The notes below the pieces were generated by a model. It saw nothing but the letters and a program-made list of their open reading frames with translations, searched no databases and had not been told where the DNA came from. A program made the position numbers and the translations under genes. Below, one piece after another: positions 37,872-51,379 of a stretch of DNA of 64,000 nucleotides (position 1 is its first letter; each line of letters begins with the position of its first letter). This DNA comes from Selaginella moellendorffii (lineage: Eukaryota; Plantae; Lycopodiophyta): the NCBI RefSeq assembly GCF_000143415.4, contig NW_003314265.1, forward strand, positions 3,055,181 to 3,119,180, written 5' to 3'.

Positions 37872-39924
37872 CTAAGCTTGTAAAACTACTTCTTGGCCTG
37901 AGGGATAGATTGTTGCAGTCTTGTAACCATCAGCAAATATCACCTGGACCAATCCTACCTCATCTTTGTAAACAACACCAGTTGCATCCATGTTCACTAC
38001 CACATACTTCTTCACCACTCCCTTGGAGATCAATGCATGGTAACGGCACTTCACTTCCCCAAGTTTGATACCATCCCGAGCAATTTCAAAGGCCCATTTG
38101 AGATCTGCGAGATAAAAGTCAACGTATCCTGCCACACCATACAGTCTACCAACATCCGGGGACATTGGGACATCAAGAAGTGTGCAGTATGCGCTGTAAC
38201 AAAACATTTCAGTTAGGCCAACACAAGGTAAATAGCATACATACCGATAGAACTCATTCTGGTATTGTCGCTCGTATATTGTCCCATCTTCAGTTGCAAG
38301 AGATTCAGAACAAGCCAAACGCCCGGCACTCATCCTTTGAATCACATGGACCAGAAAGCTCTCGATGCCCATTGTTTGAACTTGGGGCAGCGTTAACGTT
38401 GCAGTGGCACAGAAAGATGCAAAATAGTGACGGTGCAAAGGCGAAGGAAACATAAAGTTCATGGCTTTGGTCCTCACCAATTGACCCCTTCTCAAAAGCT
38501 TATTTGCAGCATGAAGCTCTTCCGAGGACAGCTCTGTTTTCTTCACAAAACCCAGAGCCTGCAGGTTTAGATAGCAAGTTAAATTGGATAGTTAAATTGG
38601 AAACATGAGAATGACACTTACTGAACTGGATCCCAGTAATTTGGAGAGGATACCTGCATACTCCGGTCGCCAATACATATTACGAAACCTGGACACGAAT
38701 CACATCAAATCACATCAGGCGTCTAGTCTGCGGGCCTTACTTACGTGGAAATACTTCGAATCTCAGATAGCGAAGCCATAAAGCGTTCAGAAAGCAACTC
38801 GCTCTTCGCAAACTCCTCACAGTCGTCCCGATTTTTGTCATTGAACTTTCTCCTCACAAGCCAGTCAAGCATGTGTGTCATGAGCCCTGGTTGTCTATCT
38901 CCAACCTCCATCACGTAGTAGAGGATGTCGTTGTTGTTGGGTACAAATGCACAGAATTTGCACCAGTTCTCCCATATCTCCGAGCATTCAGCGTCCGAAA
39001 ACTGGAGATAAATACCTGAAGATTCAGAACCATGTTGCGGCCTGCATTCAGGAGAATCACATAAGTTACATGCGAATAATTTCTAAGCCTCACCGTATAA
39101 TCACAGCGCAACTTGGTTTAAATATAACTGGTGTTGGCGGCAGCTCGCCTTCGTCCGTATCACCCTCATCACTCCCAAAGCTGGAGACGAGCACAATATA
39201 CAGCATACCACCGGCTTGCGCTGATTTAATCTTGGCCCATAGAGTTAGATCAGAAGCATGAAACCCACTCTGCCCTTCGTCGACAAGTAGAAGTGTAGGC
39301 TCGCTGCTGTTGAGACTCTCCATTGAAACATCTGCAAGATAATGATAGACATGTCACAGAGAGTAAAATAAACAGACTTTCTTAGAGTACTCACGAGGAT
39401 AGTGCTGATACCACATATACTCGAAACTGTGGCCATTGATGCCTGCAAGGCTGATGCAGAACACGTCGCTGAATTTCGATTCGGTTCTGGCTTTTAACAG
39501 CTGAAGAAGAGACGTTTTACCACTTTGAGGAGGGGCTCGCACGACGACTGCTCGTTCTTTGCGAACAAGACTCTCAAGCTTCTCCAACAGATCTTTTCTT
39601 TCAGAAATGTATAAACGCGCGTTCAAGCCTTCCGATCGCGAACCTGAAACATAGAATACATCAGCCATCAGCCAACAAAGGGCTTGATTGCTTACCAAAT
39701 CCGCGGATTCCCGTCACTGCGGAATGTTGTGCTGCACCCACGGCAGCTAAAATCTTGAACCTCTCGCCATCAGATGCTCCCACAGTTTGGCACAGCTCTG
39801 CCAAAAACTGAGGTGACAGAACCAGCAAATCCTGTGCTTTCAGATCTAGATCTCGGATTCTGGAAATGGTGGCGGCCCCTATGCGCCGATTCCTAAAGAG
39901 ATCATCCAGCCCATCATCTTCCAT
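37872..39924 (-). CDS. Crinkler/RHS (CR)-like protein: SAM-like N-terminus + P-loop NTPase + PD-(D/E)xK restriction-endonuclease-fold domain; 7 exons
   Basis: Walker A VRAPPQSGKTSLL and Walker B LLLVDEGQ. C-terminal ERQYQNEFYR...SPDVG...GYVDFYL..LKWAFEIARDG. Introns at ~39644-39695, 39332-39394, 39042-39093, 38689-38744, 38559-38621 and 38194-38244 appear to give a continuous frame. Confidence 0.8.
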
Positions 39925-40199
39925 CGCCTTCGCACCCGGCGAACCCTAAACTTGGTCTGCACGCGGCCGTCGGATGGGAAATACTTGTTACCCCCTTTGT
40001 CTTCCAAAATTCTTTCATGCATTAGTGCTTTAAATCCGCTCCCCATGGTTCCTCAATGACAACAATCCTAGGAAAATAGTACTGCACGGTGATGGAAGCA
40101 GCTCTAACTCCATCGTTGTTCTCTGTCTTCTTCCAGCTTAGTAGTTCCATGCACTCCTATTCAATATGGAGACAAAGAAAGTAAGATTTGTGGAGGAAG

Positions 40200-40535
40200 G
40201 AACAAAATAACTCATCATTTGACTGAATTGTTTGTGTTCCCAATTGGCATCTCCACACTGACTGATTTCTTAGTGTTCCCACTTGGGCACTCCATGCTGA
40301 CTGATTTATTTGCTTTCCCCTTTGGGCACTCCATGTTGACTGATCCTGACTTGAGCACAGTGAGAAGACTTACTTGGGTCAATCAGTGCCATTTCATGCT
40401 ACATTTTCTAAGAATCCCATCACAGCCTGCCAAGAAGAATGATCTTGGATCATGATGCTCCAAGTTATTGTCTTGAGCTGGCAAGGCCTCAAAGATCTCC
40501 AGTGCCACCCCCAACTTCCTACAACATCCAAGCCT
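40200..40535 (-). repeat. Inverted copy of ~22100-22600 (end of the PPR remnant plus a 39-bp tandem repeat x3)
   Basis: TGACTGA...GGCACTCCA units at 40220-40344. Flanks match the reverse complement of 22130-22290. Confidence 0.75.
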
Positions 40536-43500
40536 AATCAACAACACATTTTCAACAATAACATTTACTTAAATTCATGATTATGCACATTAAAGCATAG
40601 CAATTGAAACTAGAGATGTTAATTATGCCATTAATACATCAATAAGAAATCTCAAAACTAAAACAATCATAACAAATGAACAACCCTGATTTTATCTTCC
40701 ACTATTGTTATAATCCGGCACAAAAAAATAGAAATCTAATTGCCTTAGATTATGCTATGCCACCTCTTGAGGTTCCTCACCACCCAACCACCCCTAAACT
40801 ACCTCAAAAGCTTCACTATAATCCCAGATTAAGGCCTTTATCCTAACATGCCTTAAAATACCCTTGAGCCTCCCTTTAACCAACATTGACCACGTGGTCA
40901 AAGCTGGCATCTAACAATTCTTCCGCCCTAACAAAGTCCTTGTCCCAAGGATGAGTTACATTAATGATCACCCTTTCTAAGGAACCCTACTTAAGCTTTT
41001 GGTCCATCTTCCACAACCGTATACATCAAGGAGGCATTGGGCCCGTCACTTTGAGATAGTATATCTTTCAATTTGTTGAGGATGAATTTTCACCCCAGCT
41101 GGTAGCTGTATCCGATAAACCGCTTTACCAATATGCTCCAACACTTCATATGAACTAGCATATCGATGGGAAAGTTTGTCACTCTTCCTTGTCTATAAAG
41201 GCACCAAGGTGTTCTGCCGTTCACTTGACAAAAAAATCAGATGAGATCACCCATCTTATATTCCTAGAATTGGCGATGTTTATTAGTAAACTTTTCCACT
41301 CTATTTTAAGCTGTCTACAAATTTTATTTGCACACCACCAGAATCTCATCAAGTTCTGTGGCCAGATCAGTCGCCTCAGAATTAAACTTATCTTAAACAT
41401 CCTTACTCAAATGCACTCCCAACTTGGAGATGCATTCCAAATATGGCAAAGTAAGGACTTAGTTTGGTTCCATTGTGTTGGCTATTGTTATAAGCAAATT
41501 GCACTAACAAAAGATATAGATCCTATTGTCCTTGCTTTTGACCAATACTATAATGTAGCATATCCTCCACTACCTGATTCATAAGCTCAATTTGCCCATC
41601 TGTCTGAGGATAATCTCCACTCGAGAATTTCAAAGTCACTTGCATAGCCTTTGCAAAGCTCTTCCAAAATCCATTTGTGAACTTTAAATCTCAATCACTA
41701 ATGATGACCTCTGGCAAACCAAAATCAGGAAAAATTTCTCCAAGTAGATTGCAGCCAAGTCTGAGGTAGTGATAGTCTTTTGAAGAGCCAACAACAGCAC
41801 AGACTTCATCAACCAATCCACTATGACTCATACTTGCTCTTTTTGCCTCTGTATATATGGCAAACAAGTGATGAAATCCATAAAAATACTATACCAACGG
41901 CTCTAAAGAATAGGTAAAGGTTGCAAAAGTCCCCCCGGCTTCTCCCATGGCACCTTCACCCGCTGATAGAACTCACATGATTTATAATACTTAAGGATAT
42001 TAGCCTTTATAGTCCTCCAATAAAAATTGCACTTAATCAACTCATACGTCTTCTTTCCCCCAAAATGACTGGCCTTTGGACAATCATAATAGTGGAATAA
42101 AACTTGAGTAATTAACGCATCCACTCGTGGCAAATAAACACGGCCATTGTAATAAAGAATCCCATCCACCAATGAGAAAAGGGCTTCTATCTGGTCTTGC
42201 AAAGAGGCCATCTTAGCATCTTGAGCCTGAGCATGCTCAACTAATTACCCAAACTTATTGACCACTTTACTCAAATGATGACAAAACCATGTTTGTAATG
42301 TTGTCATATGACAAACACGAGATAAAGCATCTGCCACCACATTTAATTTTCCCAGATGATGCTCACTAGGAAACTCCCCAAACTCCATGAGTTTAACCAT
42401 CTAACAAACTTTCCCAGTGTTCAACTCCTTCCATGTGAAAAAATACACAAATGGTTTATGATCCATCAACACCACAAACACTACACCATAAAGATAGTGT
42501 CACCACGTCCGCAAAGCATGAACAATAGAGAGTAACTTTTGCTCATATGTGGAATAGCATTGCTCTACGGGATTCAAAGTTCAACTCTCATGCCTATTGC
42601 ATGAGAACTCCTCCTAGTGCATAGCCACTCGCATCGCATGTCACTTCGTAAGGTTTCGATGGATTAGCAATGCAAAGCACTGAAGCCTCACTCAACAATC
42701 ATTTCAGCACCACAAAACTCTCCTCTTGTGGCGTCTTCCACTCAAATGATACGTTCTTGTGCAACAACTGTGTCAAAGGAATAGCCACCTCTACAAACTT
42801 ATGTTCGAAATGCTAGTAGTAACTAGCTATACCAAGAAAATTGTGTAACTCAACCACTGAAGTTGGTGTAAGTCAGTTCTCCACCATAGCCACCTTCCTA
42901 GAATCTGTCTTGACACCCTTAGATGTCACAATATGGCTTAGATATTCCACTTCTGACTTTGCAAATTCACATTTGCTCTTCTTTGCATAAAACTTGCTAT
43001 CACAGAGTAACGAAAGAACCTTGTGCAAATGCATCTTATGCTCCTTTATTTTTGCTATAAACAAGAATATCATCCAAGAAAATCTCCACAAACTCATGAA
43101 AATAATACCCAAATACCTTCGTCATCAACCAAATAAATGTGGCTAGTGCATTCATCAAACTAAATAGCATAACTATAAACTCAATACTCGAAGCTTGTGT
43201 TGAATGCCGTCTTGGAGATAGATGCATCATCCATTACAATTTGATGATATTCACTCCTCAGATCAATCTTGGTAAACACTCGTGCTTCACCAAGCTTATC
43301 TAAGATATCATCCACACATGGCATCGGCATCTTATCTTTCACTGTCTTTTTGTTCAAGGTATGGTAGTTAATACACATTTGCATTAAACTATACTTCTTC
43401 TTCACAAGCAAGACCGGAGCACCAAATAAAGACTTACTTGGCTAAATAAATCCAAACTCAAGTAACTCCTTGACTTGTCATTGAACTTCTTGTTCCTCCG

Positions 43501-44734
43501 CATAACTTAACCAAAATGGATGCCAATAAATTGGCTGTGTCCCCGGCTCCAACATAATCCCATGCTCCGCACCTCATAATGGAGGCAACCCATAAAGAAT
43601 TTCAAAGGGAAAAACATCGAAAAACTCGTCAAGTGCATCCCATATTGTTGCTTCTCCCCCACAAATGCCTTGGTCCCCCAAGTCACAAACAAACAGCAAA
43701 TAACTTGAAAGTGTTTTTCCATTACGACAAGCCTACTGTAGGCGACTAAATTTTCCATTCTACTTTAGTCACTTAACCACACCTCTGACCACTTGGAGGA
43801 GTCTCATTCACAACCTCCATAAGTCCAATCCAGGACTTTGGGACTTGCTAGCCCCGAGAATGGCATCCCTGCCACTCAACATTTGCACTTGGTCCAAGTG
43901 CTCCACGTGTCCGATCCCATGACCGACACTCAAAGGTACCACCGACATAGCAGCCCGTTACGCTAAGGCCATGCCCAATCACCTTTGCCACACAAGGTAG
44001 TCCAATACCACTTGCATCACCGTCTTGGCTCTCCAAGACTAGGCAAACCATCCGTGAGTGGTCATCTCAGATCCACTCCTTAGCATCCTTAGGATGCCCA
44101 CCGACAAGGGGAATAGCCTTCCCCAATATCCCTCTGTCAGTCCCCACTAAGTCCCTTTCTGCCCCTGGCCGTGTTTGCCAACACTGCCACTGGATCGAGG
44201 CCCACAGGCCCGACCACTAAGTCCCACGGTCCTCTGGGACTTCCTCACCACACGACTGTGTCCTTGGTCACTACCCCAGAGGACTGCTCCTCTTCCTTTC
44301 CACAGTCTGGGCCTTTAGGACAACATTTCGGAACACCGTGGCCTTACGCGAGCCACCTGGGTACTCTCCTCGCCTTCTGCCATTGGGTGCTCTAGCCATG
44401 GGCTTAGAGCGGGTTCCGTTGAGCCACACCAGGTATCCAAGTAGGTAGTGCCACCCACACTTGGACTGGGAGCATCGGCCAGTCGATCTCCCGGGGGAAC
44501 TAGAGCCGGCTCTTGAACACTTCACCAAGCTACCCCGCTTGTCGGTTTGTGTTCACTCTAGTCTTGGACTTCCCAGTGGGCAGCTCATCACCCAACACTG
44601 GGTCCGGCCTTCCTGGGCCAAACTGGCCTTTCCTGGCCAAACTGGCTCCACTGCAGTCCTCCCCCTACTATACTTTTGGAGCTCACCAAACCCCCCAGGG
44701 TCTGGGAGACGAACGCTTTGGGCTTTCACCCTCT

Positions 44735-44851
44735 CAGACTCGAACTCGGACTCGGACTCGGACTTAGACTCGGACTCGGACTCGGACTCGGACTCGGACT
44801 CGGGCTCGATCTCGATCTCGGCCTCGGCCTCGGTCTCGTTCTCGGTCCCGA

Positions 44852-44883
<32 letters not shown>

Positions 44884-45315
44884 CCGGTCTCGGTCTCGAC
44901 TTCGGACTCCATCTCGGACTCCATCTCGGGTCCATCTCGGACTCCATCTCGGGTCCATCTCGGACTCCATTTCGGGTCCATCTCGGACTCCATCTCGGGT
45001 CCGTCTCGGACTCCATCTCGGACTCCATTTCGGGTCCATCTCGGGTCCACCTCGGACTCCATCTCGGACTCCATTTCGGGTCCATCTCGGGTCCACCTCG
45101 GACTCCATCTCGGACTCCATCTCAGACTCCATTTCGGGTCCATCTCTGGTCCACCTCGGACTCCATCTCGGACTCCACTTCGGACTCCAACTCGGGTCCA
45201 TCTCGGACTCCACTTCGGACTCCAACTCGGGTCCATCTCGGACTCCACTTCGGACTCCAACTCGAGTCCATCTCAGACTCCACTTTGGACTCCAACTCGA
45301 GTCCATCTTGGACAC
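44735..45315. repeat. LTR-borne compound minisatellite (GGACTC)n-(GGTCTC)n-(CCATCTCGGACT/CCATCTCGGGT)n
   Basis: Directly visible; also at ~51231-51835, 25328-25820, 26295-26600 and 11605-11960. Confidence 0.95.
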
Positions 45316-48300
45316 TTTCATGTGTCATGTGTTGGTCCTTTTGGGTCCCTTTTTGGAGCCTCGCTTTTTGCTCGCTTCGTGCTCGTTCCTCGAGCACTTC
45401 GTTGGGAGTTCCACTCCCGCTCTTGACTTTTCAAGTCGGAGCTTTTGGTCCAAACGTGTTACGCTCGTTTGGCTCTCGCTTCAGCCACTACCACGTGGCA
45501 CCCTTTCCGGCTCCACTTTGGGGCCTAGGGATTTTGTGTCTCACAACTCCACCACCCATAGACGAAGTTCGATGTCCTCATCGAACGGTAAACCATTTTG
45601 TAAAGTAACACTCGCATGTGTTACCATTTCCATCCTTGGCACCTAGCCAATATTTGTCAATGGTTTGACATTGAAGGCTCACCATGCCTTTTGCATATGC
45701 CTCAATGGTTTGACACCAAAGGCTCACCATGCCTTGCCTATCCTCTAAGGAGGGTAGTCTCTCCAACTTAGAGACTGATTGGACCACATGTAGTGGTTCT
45801 CTCCTTTTATTGGTTTAGTTCTCGCTAAACCTCTTAGAGACCCTTCTCTAAGTTAATCCCACTACTCCTTCTCGAGTAGTCTCAATTTCCATCTATTGAA
45901 TGTTTGCACCTTGGAACTTTTATTCTTTTGACTTTTGGAAGTCAATTTCCTAGGTGTCTCCAACACCTTGCCTTGCACAGATTGTGCAACTCCACTTCCC
46001 TATCCTAGGAAGTTCATTACTTGAGGGCACCATCATCCTCTCTTCTATTTCGTGCCACCTTGGGCACTAAGTTCCATTTATCATACTTTGTGCTAAGGCT
46101 GTCTATGGCCCTATCATTTGGCTACTTTACCGCTCCCTCCCTTGGAGCTTCCACTTTCGCCAAATCGGAGCAATTCGGAATCCATCCTTGGAAACACACT
46201 TCCTTTCCCGCAATATGTTAGCGTCCAACATATTAGTGTTCCTCGCCTGACTTTGCCACTTGGATTCCTTCCAAGGGATTCCACGGCCCTATCTTGGCCA
46301 CTCATCTTTTGCTCCTATCCGTTGATTGTTGCACCAAGCAACATCGAATCTCTACCTCCCTCCTTGAGGTATTCTTTTGATTCCATAGCAAAGGCTCTGC
46401 TTTGCCAAGACTAGAGTGTTCACCCCTAGTAAGTCTCTTTTAGCATCTTCTGCTGTGGGCTCTATCCATGGCCCAACTTTGTGACCCTCCCATGGGTCTC
46501 TTTAAAGACTACCTTCCTTGGACACACTATGCCATCGCAATGACATAGCTCATTTCCCTAAGGTGCTTTTCCCACTTGGTCACCTTGACCAAGCCACACC
46601 ATCATCAATAGTTCAAATCAACACTTTGAACTAGGAACCTTATTCCTTAACCCAAACAAGGACCTTGTCCTTATTTAGCCACAAGATCACCTAGTGATCT
46701 CACCTCGGCACCTTAACAGATTTGCCAATAGGTACTAAGTCTTCCAGACCTTTAACTTGTTAACTACGACCCCGGGGGCATCCCCCACACTTGGCGGTGC
46801 GCCCAAGCCAGCCCTTCCGGCCAAGGGTCCATAGCAACTGAGATTAGGTGTCCCCATCTCACTCACCACGTCCTTGGTGCCACTTGCACCAAAGCGTTCA
46901 AGTTAGATATGCCGAGCTTTCACACTAAGCAATCTAACCGTGCATCACGACTCCGAGGCATCCCTTGCTTGGCGGTGTGCCCAAACCAGTCTCCCCACTG
47001 AGAGTCCATGACCACCGAAATATGAGTGTCCTCATATTCCAAACCATCACCACGCCCTAGTGATTTGGGACTCGAACCCAAGCACTAGAGAGTCGGGACT
47101 CGAACCCAACCTCCGTATATGCATCTACGGACGGCATCACACAAGATGCCTGGCATGACTCCCCACGCCGGTGCACCAACTTATTTTTAAAGCGCGCTAC
47201 AGATCACAGCTTAGGAACCTAGTTCCCCCACACTGCCAAGTCCTCTCACTTGACATATCTGTGATCATGCATGGGCTCCTCCATGCTTGGCCCCATGGGC
47301 CACCCTTTTTGAAGTTAGCACCTTCAACTAGGGTATTTGTTCCCCCCAACTTGCCAATCTCACTTAGCAAGTCATCCGGCCACCGTAACATGGTTCATGC
47401 ATAAGCGTGGAAGTTCTTAACCATCCACTTTCGTTCAAAGCCTTCTCTTTGAACACTCGGGAACTACTTCCCTAACCTTGACAGCCTTGCCTCATGGCAA
47501 GCTTCAAGACCACGCTTCTACTGCGCCACTCTGATTTCGCGCGTTCTATGAACCATTTACACTTGGCCTTTCTAGGTACTAAGCTACCTAGAATCATCTT
47601 TGGGAACCTTGAAGGAACTCTGTCCCTTAGCTTGCTAAGGCCTCCCTTTTTGCAAGCTTTCCAATTGCCACATAGTCTAACATGGATAATTCCATATTTT
47701 AGACTCTCTATGGCATCACGGTTGCTAGCGGCAACACCCTCGAGCCCCCACTTGATTCTCCACTCCCAGCTGGCATAACCAACCTTGGTTATGCCCTTCG
47801 ATTTCTATGGTTCAATTCCATCCCAATACTACTTGCCTTTTGGCCCCATATGTTTCCTTTGGTTATTCTCCTCCAGACCAGGAGGATAGCTTTGCACTTT
47901 CTATCATGCCTTAGCAAGTATTCTTAAGGATGAACCTACCCAATAGCCCAAGGAGTGGTTCTTCAATCCGGGTATGCTCACCTTATAATCCCACACACTG
48001 GGATTACATTGTTGCTTATGGGCCTTTACATGCCCATCACTAGCCTTGCCAAAATTCCATTCTTGGCTTTGTCCAACTCAGGTAAACAGTTCTCTCCTGT
48101 CTCCGCAACCTTGGACATTTGGATAGCACCTTCTATCCATCATTTGCTAGAGACTTAGTCCCTTGGGCTTTATCCATTGCCCTCGCGACATCAAACACCA
48201 CCTTCTGGCGTTCTAGAGTGTTCGGGTGTCCCAATGATGGCTTTCTTGACAATGAGTATTTCCTTTTATGACATTGACTTACTATATCGCAACACAAGCA

Positions 48301-49214
48301 ACTTATCCCCCGTAAGGGTGTATCCGACTTCCCTATGCTATTAAGAAGTCTTGGGTAGCTACCTTCTACCCGTTCAACCAGTTATTTTGCACCTCTTGCT
48401 TAATTGTCTCATAGTTGTCAAGTCCTACAACTCATTGTTTGGTGCTTTCACACCTCCATCATTATCTGGGTCACCACACTCCAACTGCATGCTCTGCAGA
48501 TTAGGCTATGCCATTCCCATTTCCATTGGGATTCCTTTGGCAAGGGGTTCTCATGAACCCACCAACATAGCCTCAAGGTATCACACCTTGGCACATTTGG
48601 TGTCTCCACACCATCGGCTCCACGAGCCTACCTCTATGACACTTCCCCTTCGTGTTTATGTCTTTGCCAAGACCAACACCGCTCTTTCTCATGCCAACCA
48701 TCCGTTAGCACTGCACCATAGAGGTCACACACAACTTTGTGTCAAAGTTGTTTTCTTCTGAGAACACCTTTCCCATAACTTTAGCATGGCACATTTTGCC
48801 ATCGATGAGATACCCTCTGTTCTCATCCTTGGATCCTATGATCCCCCCCCATCCTTTGTGGGGTACAACACACCTCAGTCCAAATGCTTCCATTAGTCCT
48901 TTTAGGACCATTCCTTGACTCTACTTGAGTCATCAGCAGTTTTGGACTTGGTTAATTCACAGACCCTTAAGGTCCTACTTGTGAGGCACTAGCTCACTGG
49001 AATACACTTCTTGCATTCCTGTCCTACTCAAAAGGACTATTTTCACAAGTGTTACTCCGACACTTGATTTTGTTCTCTGGGGGCAACTTTTGCCCCTTAG
49101 GACTACTTGTCCATGCGATGAGAATACCACTCATCTCTAAGTACACCCCCCAACTCCTTGGGTTGTTCCAGCATTTATTAAAGGTAGCCCCGGCTACCAT
49201 TTCAAGGACTTGAG

Positions 49215-49787
49215 TGTAAGCAACCAAAGGGAACGACTCGAGAGACGATCCATAAGGGTTCAAATATAGAGGGAAAGGGCCCATGAACAAGAGTGCACCC
49301 CCTTTTCCAATCAGTTAAGGGTCTTGGGATAGTTGGAGTTAAGCGTCCTTGGGTTTGAATAGTACTGGGCTGGGTGACCTCCCGGGAAGTCCAAATTCAG
49401 GAGCTTACATTTGGTATCAGAGGGGTCTCGGGTCCGACTCTGTTGGTTGTTGATTGACATCTGGCTGGTCCAGTTTGCTCCCGCTGGGCTCGACCCAAAG
49501 GGTAGGGTGTTAAGAGAGCGAGGCTCTCGGGAGAGCTGCGGCTCTCAGCTTCCGTTCACGAGGGCGTGAACTTGCAGGGAAGCGTGGTGGATTGTAAGCA
49601 ACCAAAGGGAACGACTCGAGAGACGATCCATAAGGGTTCAAATATAGAGGGAAAGGGCCCATGAACAAGAGTGCACCCCCTTTTCCAATCAGTTAAGGGT
49701 CTTGGGATAGTTGGAGTTAAGCGTCCTTGGGTTTGAATAGTACTGGGCTGGGTGACCTCCCGGGAAGTCCAAATTCAGGAGCTTACA
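49215..49787 (+). mobile_element. Cassandra TRIM (5S rRNA-derived segment in the TDRs), complete and very young
   Basis: Apparently identical 195-bp TDRs at 49215-49409 and 49593-49787. PBS TGGTATCAGAG, PPT, TSD TTGAG. The TDR contains AGTTAAGCGTCCTTGGG...AGTACTGGGCTGGGTGACCTCCCGGGAAGTCC (5S A-box/IE/C-box). Confidence 0.95.
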
Positions 49788-51347
49788 TTGAGTCCTCTTC
49801 CGTATTTGACCTCCCACGGTCATTACCTCTGGTCTCACATTCATGAGCACCAACTTCAACTATATGAGGATAATCTTGTGACTCCTTTATTGTTTTGGAG
49901 TCTCTATCTTTCCCGTGATCCCAACTTTAGTTGTTTACCACAACAACCTTAGCCAATTTGCTGAGACAAATGCTCATCCGGATCACATCCTCAACTCAAT
50001 GAGGAAAACCTTGCACTATTCCCAAGATCCCAAAGTCGTTCCATTATTGGCCCTTTTCTATCCACCACCTCGTCTACAAGTTCACACATGAACTGTAATG
50101 GAGAGCCATGTCTTCCCGACTTGCTATTCCTCAAGGATAGGCCCACTCCTCGGACCTTCCGATGCCAACACTAGTGGTGATATACTTGAGCACCAATAAA
50201 AGTCGGACTAAGGAACAGCTCCGATACCAAATTGTAGGCGACTAAATTTTCCATTCTACTTTAGTCACTTAACCACACCTCTGACCACTTGGAGGAGTCT
50301 CATTCACAACCTCCATAAGTCCAATCCAGGACTTTGGGACTTGCTAGCCCCGAGAATGGCATCCCTGCCACTCAACATTTGCACTTGGTCCAAGTGCTCC
50401 ACGTGTCCGATCCCATGACCGACACTCAAAGGTACCACCGACATAGCAGCCCGTTACGCTAAGGCCATGCCCAATCACCTTTGCCACACAAGGTAGTCCA
50501 ATACCACTTGCATCACCGTCTTGGCTCTCCAAGACTAGGCAAACCATCCGTGAGTGGTCATCTCAGATCCACTCCTTAGCATCCTTAGGATGCCCACCGA
50601 CAAGGGGAATAGCCTTCCCCAATATCCCTCTGTCAGTCCCCACTAAGTCCCTTTCTGCCCCTGGCCGTGTTTGCCAACACTGCCACTGGATCGAGGCCCA
50701 CAGGCCCGACCACTAAGTCCCACGGTCCTCTGGGACTTCCTCACCACACGACTGTGTCCTTGGTCACTACCCCAGAGGACTGCTCCTCTTCCTTTCCACA
50801 GTCTGGGCCTTTAGGACAACATTTCGGAACACCGTGGCCTTACGCGAGCCACCTGGGTACTCTCCTCGCCTTCTGCCATTGGGTGCTCTAGCCATGGGCT
50901 TAGAGCGGGTTCCGTTGAGCCACACCAGGTATCCAAGTAGGTAGTGCCACCCACACTTGGACTGGGAGCATCGGCCAGTCGATCTCCCGGGGGAACTAGA
51001 GCCGGCTCTTGAACACTTCACCAAGCTACCCCGCTTGTCGGTTTGTGTTCACTCTAGTCTTGGACTTCCCAGTGGGCAGCTCATCACCCAACACTGGGTC
51101 CGGCCTTCCTGGGCCAAACTGGCCTTTCCTGGCCAAACTGGCTCCACTGCAGTCCTCCCCCTACTATACTTTTGGAGCTCACCAAACCCCCCAGGGTCTG
51201 GGAGACGAACGCTTTGGGCTTTCACCCTCTCAGACTCGAACTCGGACTCGGACTCGGACTTAGACTCGGACTCGGACTCGGACTCGGACTCGGACTCGGG
51301 CTCGATCTCGATCTCGGCCTCGGCCTCGGTCTCGTTCTCGGTCCCGA

Positions 51348-51379
<32 letters not shown>

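Noticed and set aside
44461-45608. Long ORFs in all six frames (SDSISDS, PSRTPSRT, LGLHLGL, RDRDRD), also at 11546-12053, 25189-25953 and 50957-52095
   Set aside because: Artefacts of a stop-free 6/12-bp minisatellite within LTRs; no protein-like complexity.
49337-49392. 5S rRNA gene
   Set aside because: Only the internal promoter portion is present, embedded in TRIM terminal repeats; not a full 120-nt gene.
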